In this document: one piece after another, positions 39,140-52,139 of the stretch
Layout: every line of letters starts with the position of its first letter
How positions within the stretch are numbered: the stretch's first letter is position 1
Origin: Octopus sinensis
Lineage: Eukaryota
Assembly (NCBI RefSeq): GCF_006345805.1
Contig: NC_043002.1
Location: 13,640,001 to 13,704,000, forward strand
Reading direction: 5' to 3'
Length of the DNA: 64,000 nt
The notes under the pieces: model-generated
Told to the model about the DNA's origin: nothing
What the model saw: only the letters and a program-made list of their open reading frames with translations
Databases searched by the model: none
Program-made: the position numbers and the translations under genes

Positions 39140-39335
39140 CAAGGCCAGGAATTTTGGGGGAGGGGTAAGTCGATTATATCGACTCCAGTTTTTGAATGGT
39201 ACTTATTTTATCGACCCCGAAAGGATGAAAGGCAAAGTGAATGTCGGCGGAATTTGAAGTCAGAAAGTAAGGACGGACGAAATGCCGTTAAGTATTTTAT
39301 CCGGCGTGCTAACGGGTCAGCCAGCTCGCCGCCTT
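39140..39335 (-). mobile_element. SINE family B
   Basis: Reverse of ggcggcgagctggc...gttagcacgccgg...ttcaaattccgccgac...cctttcggggtcgataaaataagtacc. Confidence 0.85.
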
Positions 39336-39429
39336 ACAAATATGTAAAATATCAAATCTCTTCAGAGAGAATGAGTGAAACTTTACTGGAAATCTCATGA
39401 TTAGGGATTAAGAACATGGTCGTACAGAC

Positions 39430-39830
39430 AGTAAAATCATCATCTTCATCATCATGATCATCATCTTCATGATCATGATCATCATGGTCATCATCATCAT
39501 TACCATCATTAACCAAAAAAATAACGACAGCAACAAGAACAAGAACAGCTACAATACCACCACCGCCGCCACCACCACCACCATCGCCGCCGCCGCCACC
39601 GCCGCCACCACCACCACCACCACCACCACCACCACCACCACCACCACCACCACCACCATCACCACCACCAAAAGCACCACTTTTTCTTAATTCATTGACA
39701 CCGAAAGTCAAACTCGGCGGAATTTGAACTCAGAACATAAACACGGACGAAAGGCCGCTTAGGATTTCACCTGGCGTGCTAACGATTCCACCACCTCGCC
39801 ACATAAATAATGATAATAATAATAATAATG

Positions 39831-39882
<52 letters not shown>

Positions 39883-39910
39883 TAATAATAATAATAATGA
39901 TAATATTAAT
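39430..39910. repeat. (CAT)n/(CAC)n/(TAA)n tracts with a SINE B head fragment (~39695-39802, minus)
   Basis: Visible repeats; gtcaaactcggcggaatttgaactcagaac. Confidence 0.85.
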
Positions 39911-40059
39911 AGTGAGGGTAATAATAAAAATAGCGCATAAGTACCTTTCAATGACGATATATTATTTCTGATACTGGTAAAAAGATATGTTTTATACAAG
40001 AATACATCAAAAATATATTACAATTAATAATAAAACAAACATTACAAAATGCAGAAATA

Positions 40060-40486
40060 TATATATATATGTGTGTGTGTGTGTGTATATATATATATTT
40101 CATACACACACACATTTATATATACACATGAAAAGAAATAGCAAACAAGCTGTGCAAAACACGCTTGAAAAAATGGTATTTGATAGAAATGATGACATAG
40201 GAACATGATGTAATAGAATTAGATTTGAATAGCATACAGCTTGAGATATTTTGACGATCGCACTGATCAATTTATAAAAACATGTATGTATATATCTATA
40301 AACGTACACAGTTATAAAAAATACAAACATATACACGAGAATAACATTTACAATACGTATCGAAATATAGTTGTATACGTACTCATGCGTATGCATATAC
40401 ATATATAAATGTACAACATACATGTGTGTGTGTGTATAGATACACACATATATATATGTATATACATATATATATATATGTGAGTG

Positions 40487-40523
<37 letters not shown>

Positions 40524-40842
40524 CGAGAGAGAAAATATATATATATATATGTTTTATAAATATACATACAATCACACATATATGTACACACACCACACAC
40601 ACACATATATATATATATATATGTCTGAATGTTTATGGAAGGCATGTATGTGTGAATAGTTATATATATACGTTCGTAAACATACATGTATGTGTCTGTA
40701 TGTGTGTGTATATATATATTTATATGTACATTTATATACATATACATGTACATACATCGATAATTGCATAAAGATATACATACAGACACATACTCACACA
40801 CGTAATCACTATTTATAAATACATACATACGTACATACATAC

Positions 40843-40911
<69 letters not shown>

Positions 40912-41333
40912 TAAACTAAATATAGATACACACACACAGGTATATATATATATATAATATATATATATATGAATAGAAATATGTATTTATGCACCCACGT
41001 ACACACACATATTTGCGTACATGTAATGATGTAACAGAAGGCTCTTTCACGTTTTGCATAAAGAAAACTAAACAATGATCGCGATTAAGAAGAAAATATG
41101 AAGAAAAATATATATAGCAAAAAAAATGCTGAGATGCAACAGATCTTGTTTTTTTTTTCTTTTTTTATTCCATCTGCTGAGGGAAGTTTATGTCAGTTGT
41201 TTTCCGTTACAGACGAATTTATTTGCAACGATTTTTTTGCAATAGTAATAAAGCGAGTTTTTTCTTTTTACATGATATAATATATATTCTGCAAGTGTTT
41301 TCAAGTATGTATGTATGTACGTATGTATGCATG

Positions 41334-41365
<32 letters not shown>

Positions 41366-41431
41366 TGTATAATGTATGTATGTATGTATATATGTATGTA
41401 TGTATACACGTATGGATATATGTACGTATGC

Positions 41432-41471
<40 letters not shown>

Positions 41472-41664
41472 TATATGTATATATATGTATATATATATGT
41501 ATATATATATATATGTATATATATATATACTGATATATATATATACATATATATGCATGTATATATGTGTGTGTGTGTATGTAAATGTATACATAGTTGC
41601 ATTTGAATGTGAGTTCATCATATATGTATTTATGCATATCTATGTATTTGTGCCTTATGTATGC

Positions 41665-41695
<31 letters not shown>

Positions 41696-41742
41696 AATAT
41701 AAACTAAATATAGATACACACACACAGGTATATATATATATA

Positions 41743-41795
<53 letters not shown>

Positions 41796-42001
41796 TATGT
41801 ACAACTATGTATAGGTATATACGTATCTACATATATATTTACACAATATATATGTATGTACATACATATACATACACACATATAAACCTGCATAATGCAA
41901 ATTTGGATATTCATGAATATGTGTTTAAATATCTATCAATCTGCATATATTCATGCATATATGTGCGAGTTATGCGAAATACATATATACATACACACAC
42001 A

Positions 42002-42082
<81 letters not shown>

Positions 42083-42300
42083 TATATATTATATATATAC
42101 TTATATATATATATGTAAATATATATATAAATATATATATGAATGGACGCGTGTATCTATGTATAAGAAAGTGTGAAAGTGTGTTGGCGTATACCATCGC
42201 AACAGTGCCTTTGTGTCTATCTCCGCAAGCGCAAGAATTCGCCCATACAATTATACACTCACTTTATCTATCAATCTATCTATCTATCTAACTATTTTTT
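40060..42300. repeat. Large compound (TA)/(CA)/(TATG)/(GA) microsatellite region
   Basis: Visible repeats; ataaatataaactaaatatagatacacacacacagg is duplicated at ~40903 and ~41691. Confidence 0.85.
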
Positions 42301-42814
42301 CATATTCATGCATAGATATATTACACCGGATATTTTTCCTTTTGTTATAACCCACGGCTTTCTCATTCATTATCATGTTATTCTCTAGCGCTGTTTTAGC
42401 TCTATTTGTTTTCATTGTATACATTTTACATGGGTAATATTTTTTTCCTGAGATGTCGCTACACACTAATATCGTGCATCCATCTATTATAAGATGCTGC
42501 TTATTGCTATTTCTTATGAATCTGTGGTACGCTAATACCATATTAGCTAATTGAAATTTCAGTTTTATATTGTATAATTAGCATATCTTCCATTATCTAA
42601 CGCTGTTTTTGTTTTTCCACATTTCGTTCGATTCTCACTATTTTTGTCCTCATCCTTTTCTGTTCAATCAAATCATTTCCTCTCTTAATTACTAACTCAC
42701 CAGAAAGATAGTATCTATTCAAAAATTTGTAAGTACCAGAGTAAAATCCCTCGCAGTATTGAGTTTATGTTCATTTTCAATTTAAGTCCCACTATAAATA
42801 ATGCACAGGAAAAG

Positions 42815-42954
42815 GCCGATATGCAGCCATGATGTTTTGGGTTCAGTTCAGTCCCCTTATGAGGTACCTTGGCCAAATATCTTCTACTATCGCTTCGGGT
42901 CTACTAATCCCTTGTGAGTGACTTTGGTACACAAAAACTGTAGAAGTCCGTTGC

Positions 42955-43045
<91 letters not shown>

Positions 43046-43247
43046 CATATATATAAATATCACCATGATAGATCGTTAGCTACTACACACATTTTTTCTC
43101 TCCTTGTTTTTTCTGTGTCCCCTTTCTGTAGAAGAGCGTAGGCTCGAAACGTAAAAGACTTTTTATTCCTGAGCGTTATGCTAATACATCTGTTTGTTTT
43201 GTACACCACCTGTCTTCGTCTTTTGTTTTTTTTGTAAACTCCCCCCC

Positions 43248-43294
<47 letters not shown>

Positions 43295-43505
43295 AGGTAT
43301 ATGTATGTGCATAGGTGTTTGTCTTCCTACCGCTTGACGACAAGTGTTGTATTATTTACATACCTGTAACTTAGCGGATCGATATGATAAGCACCATACT
43401 TAAAAAATTAATTGCTGGGATCAGGTCAATTTGTTTCTCTAAACCCTTCTAAGGGGTGCCCCAGCATGGCCGTGTTCCAATGACTGAAACAAGCAAAAGA
43501 AGTAA
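42815..43505 (+). mobile_element. SINE family A copy interrupted by (TATC)n and a nested hammerhead element
   Basis: Head at 42815-42955, tail ggggtgccccagcatggccgtgttccaatgactgaaac at ~43452-43490. Confidence 0.7.
43063..43240 (+). mobile_element. Hammerhead-containing non-coding element, variant subfamily
   Basis: cttt-CTGTAGA-A-GAGC(GTAG)GCTC-GAAAC-GTA-aaag at 43122-43157; core has A6->U. Confidence 0.6.
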
Positions 43506-44640
43506 AAGAAATAATGACGAACTTCCTATATTGTTTTCACGCCTTTTGCAAATGTCGTGAACTTTCTCTATTACATTGTAACATAAGTTACTCTCCTTAT
43601 ATTTTTGCACATATAGCTTAATTCTACTTCTTGGTTTTCACCATCAATAACGTTCTGTACTTTTTGTTTTATCATAGACTCCATCTTAATGATCGTTGTA
43701 GTTATAATATCAATGTGTTTTGTGAGATTATGTCCTGATCAACTACAGTATATGGATAAGTGTCCTCTTGTGACATTTTTCTTTACATTAATCTGGACTT
43801 GGTATGGCTCACAAAAATTTCTTATTAAGAGGACAGAGGTTTGTTTTGAACCCCTTCTAAAATGGTTCATCGTTGTTTCCAACAACTTTTAAATAGGTAA
43901 CAGAGGGTAAAATGTATTTTCAAATGCATTATAGACATGTAAGGAAAGAATGGCATCACTGTATTGGTAGGAAATGGACTGACTATATAACTGTAATAAA
44001 GCCTGGTTCTGGTATATTAACAAACTGTTACACTTCACAACTTTCAGTATGTTCTATAAACAGGTCATTTGTGTTCTGTGTTTCTACACCAGATGTACAC
44101 TTGTAGTAGGAAATCGATTGTATGACTATACATACAGTTTTAAATTATATATATATATATATATATTGTTGCGAAATCCACCTGCCGTCGCTCAAACTCT
44201 TCGGGAAAAATCCTGGACCCTACCAAGTCGAGCGACGACGATTTACCGGCCCGATCAAAGTAGGTCATAGCAGTTGTTTCCTAGTTGACCTACTCATAAG
44301 AATATATATATATTTACTTAATACTATTTTTAATATAAAGGTTTTGTTTTAAAGAATTCTTTAAAAAAATGTTATAGAATCTTTTAACAGGATATTACTA
44401 AGAAAGAAATTTCTTCCTAGTATATGAACGCTTTCATTTAACTTTTTCAAACACGCAAGCCTTAGTTTATATACACACACACACACATATATATAAACAT
44501 AAAGTATGGGAGTTTAGTTCACAGATAATCTAAACGATTACTCTAGGTAAGTTTCTGTAACGGATTGCTGGGGCTCCAAGGTTATAGCCGGGACGGTAGT
44601 TATGGAGCCATTGCAGATTTCCGATGCAGCAGATATATAA

Positions 44641-44750
44641 TTGATGAACAGGACAGTAAACATTAAGGCAAGGCAAACATCTCTAGACCTATACTATATT
44701 ATTACAACTTGTGATATTTGACTGCCTTAATGTTTAATATCCTGTTTAAC

Positions 44751-44752
<2 letters not shown>
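44641..44752. repeat. 112-bp fold-back element with ~40-bp arms
   Basis: ttgatgaacaggacagtaaacattaaggca... / ...tgccttaatgtttaatatcctgtttaacaa, flanked by TA runs. Confidence 0.75.
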
Positions 44753-44801
<49 letters not shown>

Positions 44802-45059
44802 GTTTTTATCTTGGACCTGAAGAGTGACTATTTAAATTGAATTGATTTTACTGTTATAAGTTTGAAATTATAGCCACGACTTTTTACCAATTATATACTA
44901 TTTATTTATTATTTTGTACTTTACTTAATTATTGGTATATGTTTTTATCGTATATTTAATTTTTTTCTATATGGTATAATTCAATTATATCATTGTTATT
45001 TCATTGTTGAATTGCTACATGGTGGTTCTTCTCTAATTTATATACATATATACAATTAA

Positions 45060-45245
45060 AAAACAAACAAGGAAAAACAACATGGTATATGCAAAGTTTG
45101 AAAAGACAGTCAGACATGGAAAGAAAGGGTGTTTTACGTTTCGAGCAAAGCTCTTTTTCAGAAACAGGAAACAGAAGAAAGTCCAAGAGAAAAAGAATAC
45201 GGAAGGAAAAAATCGTTAACAATGCACACGTAGTTACATTTTGAA
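45060..45245 (-). mobile_element. Hammerhead-containing element, degraded
   Basis: Minus strand ttt-CTGAAAA-A-GAGC(TTT)GCTC-GAAAC-GTA-aaa at 45132-45164; G8->A. Confidence 0.6.
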
Positions 45246-45538
45246 AATGTATATATAGTAGATATGAAGCTAAAAGACTACTTTTGGTCCATACATGTCG
45301 TCTTCCTCTTGTATTTTCCTAACCATATCCGTGTCTTGACGTCATATATATATATATATGACATAGAACCAACGTTGAACCCTTTATACGCAATATTACC
45401 GAATCTGGAACTTAACTATAGTATGTCTATAGCACTTATTCAGCATTACCTGACACCTTTGGGTCTCACTGACACCATTATCCCTTATAACCTCAACTTC
45501 TCGCTTATATATATATGTATATATATATATATATATAT

Positions 45539-45602
<64 letters not shown>

Positions 45603-45954
45603 TGCAGGCAACAGGCTATGTTCTGTTGAGTAAATCAACTGCCCTCTAACTAACACCTATATAGTCAGAAAATACAATAAAATGAGGACCTATTATTATT
45701 GGAGCGACGCGATATAAACCATTGCGTCTGGAGCAAGGTATGACCGAACCCGGGATCTTGGAGACAGAACACAAATCCTTAATTCTTACGCTAGACATGA
45801 TCACAATATCTGGATCTATAAAAATATTCAAAATTATCTTACGGTTTAAAGGAAGATGGTTAAAACATGATGCTGTCCTTCACAACCTTGCTACCAAGTA
45901 GATGGCTGACCAAAATTCATTCTAAATTAAAATGTGGAGGAGAGCATATATATA

Positions 45955-46130
45955 CATACACAACAAGTTTGTATATAGTTTTCTCCGACCAAATTTCCTG
46001 ACAAGGAAGTGGTCGCCCCGAGGCTCTACCAGAAAAAGGCTTGCCGAAAGTGTTCTACAGTAGGATTGAACCAGAAACCCTGTGCTTGGAAAGCAAGCTT
46101 CTTAACCACTTAACCATGCGTACGCCGATG
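45955..46130 (-). mobile_element. SINE family A head, degraded
   Basis: ggattgaaccagaaaccctgtgcttggaaagcaagcttcttaaccac. Confidence 0.55.
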
Positions 46131-46494
46131 TATATACACACACACGCGTACATACACACATGCACACACATTGCATACTTGTATGAAAAATAATGAAATG
46201 TATATGACTATATGATTCATGCAAAAAATTATGGCCGTCTGTCGATGCTTTTATGTAGAATTGTATAAATTCTGTAAGATACTCTGATGCTTAATTCTAA
46301 CATAAAATATCAAGTCTGTTAACGGCCTGAAATTTCTTTAGTATCCTCGACAGGAAATATATTTATAGTTTGTATCATCATGATTTTTTCTTGCAACGAC
46401 AGTAAACCAAAAACCGTATTAGCCAACGCGTTATTCATTATTAAAACCATAAGGTGTGATCTGAGGGTTACGTAGTTGCTATTGCTGTAATGAT

Positions 46495-46981
46495 ATGCAT
46501 AAGATCTGGTCATCAAATCTAAGTAGAGATTTCAAACTTAAAATCTTCAAAGCCACAGTCGAACCAATTCTACTATATGGCTCAGAAACCTGGACGTTAT
46601 CAAAGAAGCTTGAGAGGCGTTTGGATGGAACTTACACTCGACTCCTTAAGAGAGCTCAAAATCTCTCGTGGAAGCGTCATCCAACCAAAGTACAAATATA
46701 TGGGAAGTTACCACCTGTATCATCTCTAGTGAAAGGTAGAAGAGTCCAGTTTGCTGGACATTGTTGTAGAGCTGAAAACGAGATAATTTCTCTTCTTCTC
46801 CTCTGGAAGCCATCTGCTCGCGATACCAGAGGGCGCACACTCTCCTACCCTGATGTAATCTACAGGGATATAGGCATCCAGCAACAGGACCTCCGCAATG
46901 CTATGATGGACCGTGAGGTCTGGCGTAACATAGTAAGTTCCATTGTCTCGACCACGGTCGAACAATGATGATGATGATGAA
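46495..46981 (+). mobile_element. 5'-truncated RTE-clade LINE with an uninterrupted 157-aa ORF end and (TGA)n tail
   Basis: KLKIFKATVEPILLYGSETWTL...RRVQFAGHC...DREVWR; tail tgatgatgatgatga. Confidence 0.9.
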
Positions 46982-47124
46982 ATGACGATTGCTAAAAGGT
47001 CGAGCAACTGTGTAAAGGCTCGCTTGGTTAGCTTAGCAAGTCCAAATGTTTATTTGCTTCCTGTAAATATTCCAATAGCAGCTGAAATATTTACATCACT
47101 AAAACGTGTAATTCATCCATTATC

Positions 47125-47290
47125 TAGACGTAGGCATATCTGTGTGGTTAATAAGTTAGCTTTAGATTTCTGTTGAGTCCCACTGCACGGCACCTTGGGC
47201 GAATGTCTTCTACGACGACCTCGAGAGGACCAATGACATGCGAGTGAATATAGTTGGTGGAAACTACATAGAAGCCCGTAGTATATGCAG
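47125..47290 (+). mobile_element. SINE family A 5' part, degraded
   Basis: gtgtggttaataag...gagtcccactgcacggcaccttgggcgaatgtcttctac. Confidence 0.7.
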
Positions 47291-47384
47291 GGAGTTCGGG
47301 CTGAATTTTGCGGTTTGCATAGAAGGAAATGAAAGCATAATATCTCATCCAAAAATAAAAGTATTTTTAAAAAATCAAAAACTC

Positions 47385-48470
47385 ACAACTAGATCATGGC
47401 TGGGAGATAAAGTAGCCTCCCTGTGCTTCCACCATGGCCAGAACCTGGTACGTTCTCTCCCCTGTGTGTTTCTGAGAAAATCTTCGAACACGGCTTTGAT
47501 TTTTGCAACCAGTTCGGCTCTGGTATCGCAGGCAGAGCGGTTGGTGTCCTCTTAAACGTATCCAAACATAGTAATCCATGAGGTTACGTTAACGGAAAAC
47601 AGGAGACGAGAAATTGTGACTGGCAATGTCGAAGAAATCCTCCGTCAACGACATCTGGCTACTTTTGGAACTATGGCAAGGAACCGAATCCTGCTGCCAC
47701 ATATATAGCCTTCTACCAGCAATCCTCTCCAGCCAGGGATTGATCACAGTCTCTAGCCAGGGATTGACCACAGTCTCCAGCCATGTATTGACCACAGTAG
47801 CAGCTACGGATTGATCACAGCCTCCAGCCAAGAATTGATCACAGTCTCCAGTTGTGGATTGACCACAGTCTCCAGCTAGGGATTGATCACAGTCTCCATC
47901 CAGGGATTGACCACATTCTCCAGCCATGAATTAACCACAGTCTCCAGCCATGGATTGACCATAGTCTCCAGCCAGGGATTGACCACGTTCTCCAGCCAGG
48001 GATTGACCACGTTCTCCAGCCAGGGATTGACCACAGTCTCCAGCCATGGATTGACCACAGTCTCCAGCCAGAAATTGACCACAGCCTCAAGCCAGGGATT
48101 GACCACAGCCTCCAGTCAAGGATTGACCACAATCTCCAGCCATGGACTGACCACAGTCTCCAGCCAGGAATTGATCACAGTCTCCAGCCACGGATTGACC
48201 ACAGTCTCTAGCCAGGGATTGACCACAGCCTCCAGCCATGGATTGACCACAGTCATCAGTAACTTCATACAGCCGTCTGAATTGAGATTAAATCCCAGTT
48301 CAGACTTGCAAGGATGAACGCTGGGTCCGAACACCTGCTGTGTCCCTCCCCCTCCTTGTTGGTCACGGCTTCGTAGACTACGTTGCAACTGTCTCACGAC
48401 TTACAGCCTTCACAATGTTCACAGAACATTGAGCAGCAGTCATGATTTCTGTATTTTTTACTCGGATCGT
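47385..48470 (-). mobile_element. Internally deleted Tc1/maT (DD37D-like) transposon carrying a minisatellite
   Basis: LNSDGCMKLLMTVVNPW...PWLERIAGRRLYMWQQDSVPCHSS...MDYYVW...VEAQGGYF. Confidence 0.8.
47730..48256 (-). repeat. 24-bp minisatellite, ~22 units (consensus + strand cagccagggattgaccacagtctc)
   Basis: Units counted by eye; one unit is 23 nt; minus strand encodes (LETVVNPW)n with scattered stops. Confidence 0.95.
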
Positions 48471-48980
48471 ATCGTCATGATACGCGTGTGTGAATGTGTT
48501 TCAAATGCATTATAGACAAGTAAGGAAAGAATGGCATCACTTTATTGGTAGGAAATGGAATGATTATATAACTGTAATAAAGCCTGGTTCTGGTTCTGGT
48601 ATATTAACAAACTCTTACACTTCATAAAACCCAAATCCATTGACTGTTCATCAATATATCAAACTTTTCAAATTGCCAAATTTAGCCAGAACACGCCGCA
48701 CATATGAGTGTATACATTTTTGTGTGTGTGTGCTTTCTTGTGTAAGAATGTGTAAGAATGTGTTTTCTTACCTATGATTGTTCACCCCACAATACTTAGT
48801 ATCCAGTGGTGATTTTTTAGGTCTCTGTAAAACAAGTTTTCGTCAAAAATTTCCTTTAGACTAAGTGCCAAATAAAAATCGCTGTTTGACTAAAATGTGC
48901 CAGAATAGTCGCAGACCCATGTCTAAAACGAATAAAAGGAAACGATCAATGGTATAGATATTCCTTAGTACGCACAGAAT

Positions 48981-49028
<48 letters not shown>

Positions 49029-49559
49029 ATAAATGGTAAATGAAAGATTTACAGTGGCTATTTCTTAAGAATACAATAATATGAATATATTTCATTAGTG
49101 TACATCGATAACGCTGTTGAGAATTAAATTAAATTTAATTTAGAAAAAAAAAAAAAATTCGAAAATCGAAAAGGTAATTCTGACGAAGAAACGGACTAAC
49201 TAATCCATAAGTATGGAAAGAAGCAGCTTATATTAACTACATTCCAGTTAACGATTCGTAATTTAGGAAAATTAATGCCTGGAGGTGTGTAAATGTTGAA
49301 AGCAAATTGATGCATTTAAACACGGTGTATAGTGTTTTAGAGATTTGGACATCAACTATACTTTCTCAAGTAATTATACACGCATACGAGGAAATGATGT
49401 TCAGGAATATTTAATAAGTAATATTTATAGGTAAACAAATATTTTTATTGAAATTATCAAACTATATCTGTTGCATTATATGTATGTATATGTACTGTTC
49501 ATATATACTATTATTTTCATTTATTCAAATAAGTACAAGTATGTACATACGCATAAATA

Positions 49560-49756
49560 CACACATGTATGATATGTGTGTGTGAATATATGTATGTACA
49601 TATGTATGTGTGTGGTAACATACATATGTGCGCACACATTTATATGTAGATATGTATGTATGCGTATGCATATATATATATATAGATGTATGATAACGAT
49701 CCGCACATCTCTCTCTCTCTCTCTCTATCTATATCTGTACGCATATGTATACACAC

Positions 49757-49812
<56 letters not shown>

Positions 49813-50030
49813 TATATCTATATCCATCTTTCTCGCACCCTCTCTTTCTGTCTCCCTCTCTCTCTTTCCCTCTCTCTCTCTCTCTATATATATATACATA
49901 TATATATATATACATATATATATATGTATGTATATATATATATGTATATGTATGTACACACACAAGTACATACATATGTGTGTGTGTATGTACACACGCA
50001 GATGTGCACATATACATCTGTGTATGGGGG
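49560..50030. repeat. (TA)/(CT)/(TATG) microsatellite field
   Basis: Visible repeats. Confidence 0.9.
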
Positions 50031-50451
50031 ATGTTTGGGTGCGGAAACGATTTCCTGTTTCGTTGCCCAGCGGGTTTCTTTTCCGATGTTGATGTTCTTA
50101 AAATATTTTCGCATATATTTGAGTCAGTTTTCTTCATGCTTTTGGCAGTGACAGCAGTACGAAATGATTAAGCATTACAGAAACTTCTTTTTGTTTCTTT
50201 ATATAGTCATTTTCACTGGATAGAAATTAAAATATATAAAAAATTTTTTGAGAGAATGAGTGAGAAAATAATTGATTTATCGATGGAAGCGAAACGCTAT
50301 ATAGAGGAAGATTAAATATTCCTAAATGTGTAATAAAATGTGCAATGAAATGAGTTGCAATTCACATGTGCAAGAGAAAATTAATTCTAAGATTTCGATT
50401 GCAGTAAATATATTTCTTAAATAATTGCAGATTTGCCGCACTACAGATACG

Positions 50452-50756
<305 letters not shown>

Positions 50757-51110
50757 TTAGGGTGGACGAAAAGTAATGTTACATGTAATGAAATGAGTTA
50801 AAATCATTATAAAACATACTGCAAATAAATTTATTCATTCAAAATATACTCACCATCATTTTCAATAACATGTTGCCAACTTTCAACTAGTTTTCTGATA
50901 CTCCGGAAAGAAAGCAAAAAAAAAAAGGAAAAAAAGAAAAAGAAGAAAACAAAAGATCGGGTTCATTAGAAACGCAAAATGTTTGGAAAATGTTTGGAAT
51001 ACGGTTTCAACATCAACATCAACACTGATGCTTCAATGTTTTTCCCATTGTGAAGTTTCCAAGTGAGCTGAATAGGTAAAAATTTGATGGTGCTTGATCA
51101 CACATAGTAG
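50757..51110 (-). mobile_element. mariner 3' remnant with one TIR
   Basis: IRKLVESWQHVIENDGEYILN and FYLFSSLGNF; TA|ttagggtggacgaaaagtaatg terminus. Confidence 0.75.
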
Positions 51111-51133
51111 ACTCCTGAAAGGACTTGCGCATC

Positions 51134-51610
51134 CAGGCAGGAACTGATCACAGTCTCCAGCCATGGATTGATCACAGTCTCCAGCTAGGGATTGACCACA
51201 GCCTGCGGCCAGGGATTGACCACAGCATTCACACAGAGATTGACCACAGTCTCCAGCCAGGGATTACCCACAGTCTCCAGCCAGGGATTGACCAGTCTCC
51301 AGCCAGGAATTGACCAGTCTCCAGCCAGGATTGACCACAGTCTCCAGTCATGAATTGATCACAGTCTCTAGCCAGGGATTGACCACAGTCTCCAGCCAGG
51401 ATTGACCACAGTCTTCAGCCAGGATTGACCACAGTCTCCAGTCATGAATTGATCACAATCTTCAGCCGGAATCGAGAGTCTCTTGCCAGGGATTGACCGC
51501 AGTCTCCATCCAGCCAGCTATTGACCACATTCTCTAGCCAGAGATTGACCATAGTCATCAGCAACATCGCACAGCCGTCTGAATTGAGCTTAAGTCCCAG
51601 TTCGGAGATG
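51134..51610 (-). repeat. Second 24-bp transposase-derived minisatellite (~18 units, 51134-51558) plus LNSDG flank
   Basis: Same consensus and same right flank cagccgtctgaattgag as the 47730 array; several 20-23-nt units. Confidence 0.92.
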
Positions 51611-51644
51611 CTTGAAATGCATGTAACAGACTTGATAAGATCTG

Positions 51645-52093
51645 GCACTGAAACCTTCCACTCGCGTTAAAAGTTAAAATATTTAGAACACTGATTGAAC
51701 CGGCCCTTCTCTAGGGATCAGAGACCTGGATCTAGATGGAACATACACCAAACTGCTCAGAAAGATACAGAACATCAGTTGGAGATCACAACCAACACTT
51801 AGTAACATCTACGGATATCTGATACCAATATCCCTCAAGTTAAACACAGAAACGACTACAATATGCTGGCAACTGTCAGCGCGCATAGAAAGAGGTTATC
51901 TCATTTCTGCTCCAATGGCATCCCTCTGGAAGTGTTTTCTCTAGGAAACTGACATTTCTAGATACTATATCTCGTGACTCAAGGTTGGATATTAGAGATC
52001 TGAACATAGCAATGCAGGGCTGTGTAGTGTGGAAAGGGATTGTCAATGGAGTTCCGACCGACCACAGTTTGGTCGAAGGATGATGATGATGAG
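51645..52093 (+). mobile_element. RTE-clade LINE 3' fragment, decayed
   Basis: VKIFRTLIEPALL*GSETW, LDGTYTKLLRKIQNISW, (gat)n tail. Confidence 0.8.
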
Positions 52094-52139
52094 GTTTGAG
52101 GTGTAAGGAGTGTGCGATAGAGATTCCTCGGGTTACGTT

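Noticed and set aside
40903-41736. Short duplicated unique motif within (TA)n, and frequent single-base slips in dinucleotide runs
   Set aside because: Most likely slippage or long-read/assembly noise rather than a functional feature.
42389-42433. Transmembrane-like exon AVLALFVFIVYILH
   Set aside because: Hydrophobicity follows from T-richness; no independent support.
43678-43801. 124-nt + strand exon with two hydrophobic segments
   Set aside because: It is the antisense of a longer protein-like minus-strand frame, a typical shadow ORF.
49180-49195. CTGACGA-A-GAAAC motif
   Set aside because: Stem II is absent, so it cannot fold as a hammerhead.
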